This document shows, one piece after another, positions 63,490 through 64,000 of a stretch of DNA of 64,000 bases. The stretch covers positions 18,500 to 82,499 of the forward strand of contig CAWFMH010000002.1 of NCBI GenBank assembly GCA_963816945.1, given 5' to 3'. The notes below the pieces were generated by a model, which had not been told where the DNA came from, did no database searches, and was given only the letters and a program-made list of their open reading frames with translations. The DNA is from an uncultured Gammaproteobacteria bacterium. Its GTDB lineage: Bacteria; Pseudomonadota; Gammaproteobacteria; Xanthomonadales; Xanthomonadaceae. The stretch's first letter is position 1. Every line of letters begins with the position of its first letter. The translations under genes and the position numbers were made by a program.

Positions 63490-64000
63490 GTCGCCGCCAC
63501 CTGCAGTGCGTCGTCCAGCAACACGAGGTCGGCACGATACCCGGGCGCAATGCGGCCATGCGTTTTTTCGAGCTTCAGGAACGCGGCCGGATACGTCGAG
63601 GCCATGCGCGCCGCTTCATCGAGTGGTACGCCGAGCATGGTCACCGCGTTGCGCACCGCGGTCGCCATGTCGAGCGCGGAACCGGCGAGCGCGCCGGCCG
63701 CGTTGCGCACGACGCCGTCGCGCACGGTGATCGTTTCGCCGTACAACTCGTAGTCCGGACTGTCGGCGCCGACCGGCGGCATCGCGTCGGTGACGAGGAA
63801 GAGCTTGCCGCGCGGCTTCGCGGCCAGCGCCACGCGCAGGCTGGCCGGATGCACGTGCACGCCATCGACGATCAGCCCGCACCAGCTGTCGCGATCCTCG
63901 AGCGCGGCGCCGACGGCACCGGGATCGCGACCCTGCAGCGGCGACATCGCGTTGTAGAGATGGGTGAAGCCGCGCACGCCGGCGTCCAGGCCGGCTCGGA
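63465..64000 (-). CDS. nagA: N-acetylglucosamine-6-phosphate deacetylase (C-terminal part; 5' end outside the window)
   Basis: The frame is open to the window edge. '...AGLDAGVRGFTHLYNAMSPL...GLIVDGVHVHP...LVTDAM...' are NagA motifs. Confidence 0.85.
   Translation of the reverse strand, partial: RAGLDAGVRGFTHLYNAMSPLQGRDPGAVGAALEDRDSWCGLIVDGVHVHPASLRVALAAKPRGKLFLVTDAMPPVGADSPDYELYGETITVRDGVVRNAAGALAGSALDMATAVRNAVTMLGVPLDEAARMASTYPAAFLKLEKTHGRIAPGYRADLVLLDDALQVAATWIGGTAE

Overview
High-GC (about two-thirds G+C by eye) gammaproteobacterial chromosome segment. Its synteny looks Xanthomonadales/Lysobacterales-like: engB / cytochrome c4 / dsbA / dsbA, aceE, lhr, maeB, ppc, plant-type gshA, adhC-gfa-fghA, slt, cca, nagA. 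I can support about 45 protein-coding genes, mostly housekeeping. I recognised no rRNA, tRNA, CRISPR, transposase or integrase. Many long ORFs in the track are antisense or out-of-frame artefacts of the high GC content, and several track ORFs carry spurious 5' extensions. I re-set those starts to internal ATGs that I verified in the sequence. Two clearly lower-GC accessory patches lie between an epoxide-hydrolase gene and aceE. (i) 2.7-5.4 kb holds a three-gene minus-strand module: secreted protein, lipoprotein, and a 472-aa HExxH protein whose C-terminus looks like the XVIPCD secretion domain of Xanthomonadales bacteria-killing T4SS effectors. This is a putative effector/immunity pair. (ii) 6.5-11.5 kb holds a monocistronic 1,640-aa gene. 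It has an N-terminal STAND/NACHT-like NTPase with a degenerate Walker A, a ~1,200-aa probably helical body, and a C-terminal domain with an H-D-R variant of the PLD 'HKD' signature. I do not recognise it as a named system and consider it the best candidate for a new single-gene conflict/defence system. The window is also very rich in GC-rich nested palindromic elements: a 5-copy array with 287-bp higher-order periodicity, a 163-bp x3 tandem repeat, and a ~200-bp MITE-like inverted repeat. Several palindromic or tandem elements are embedded in-frame in essential genes (lhr x2, aceE, cca). Three apparent single-nucleotide frameshifts (Excalibur-domain gene, amn, TonB_C-like gene) may be real decay or assembly indels. 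All functional calls come from motif recognition by eye; no searches were run.
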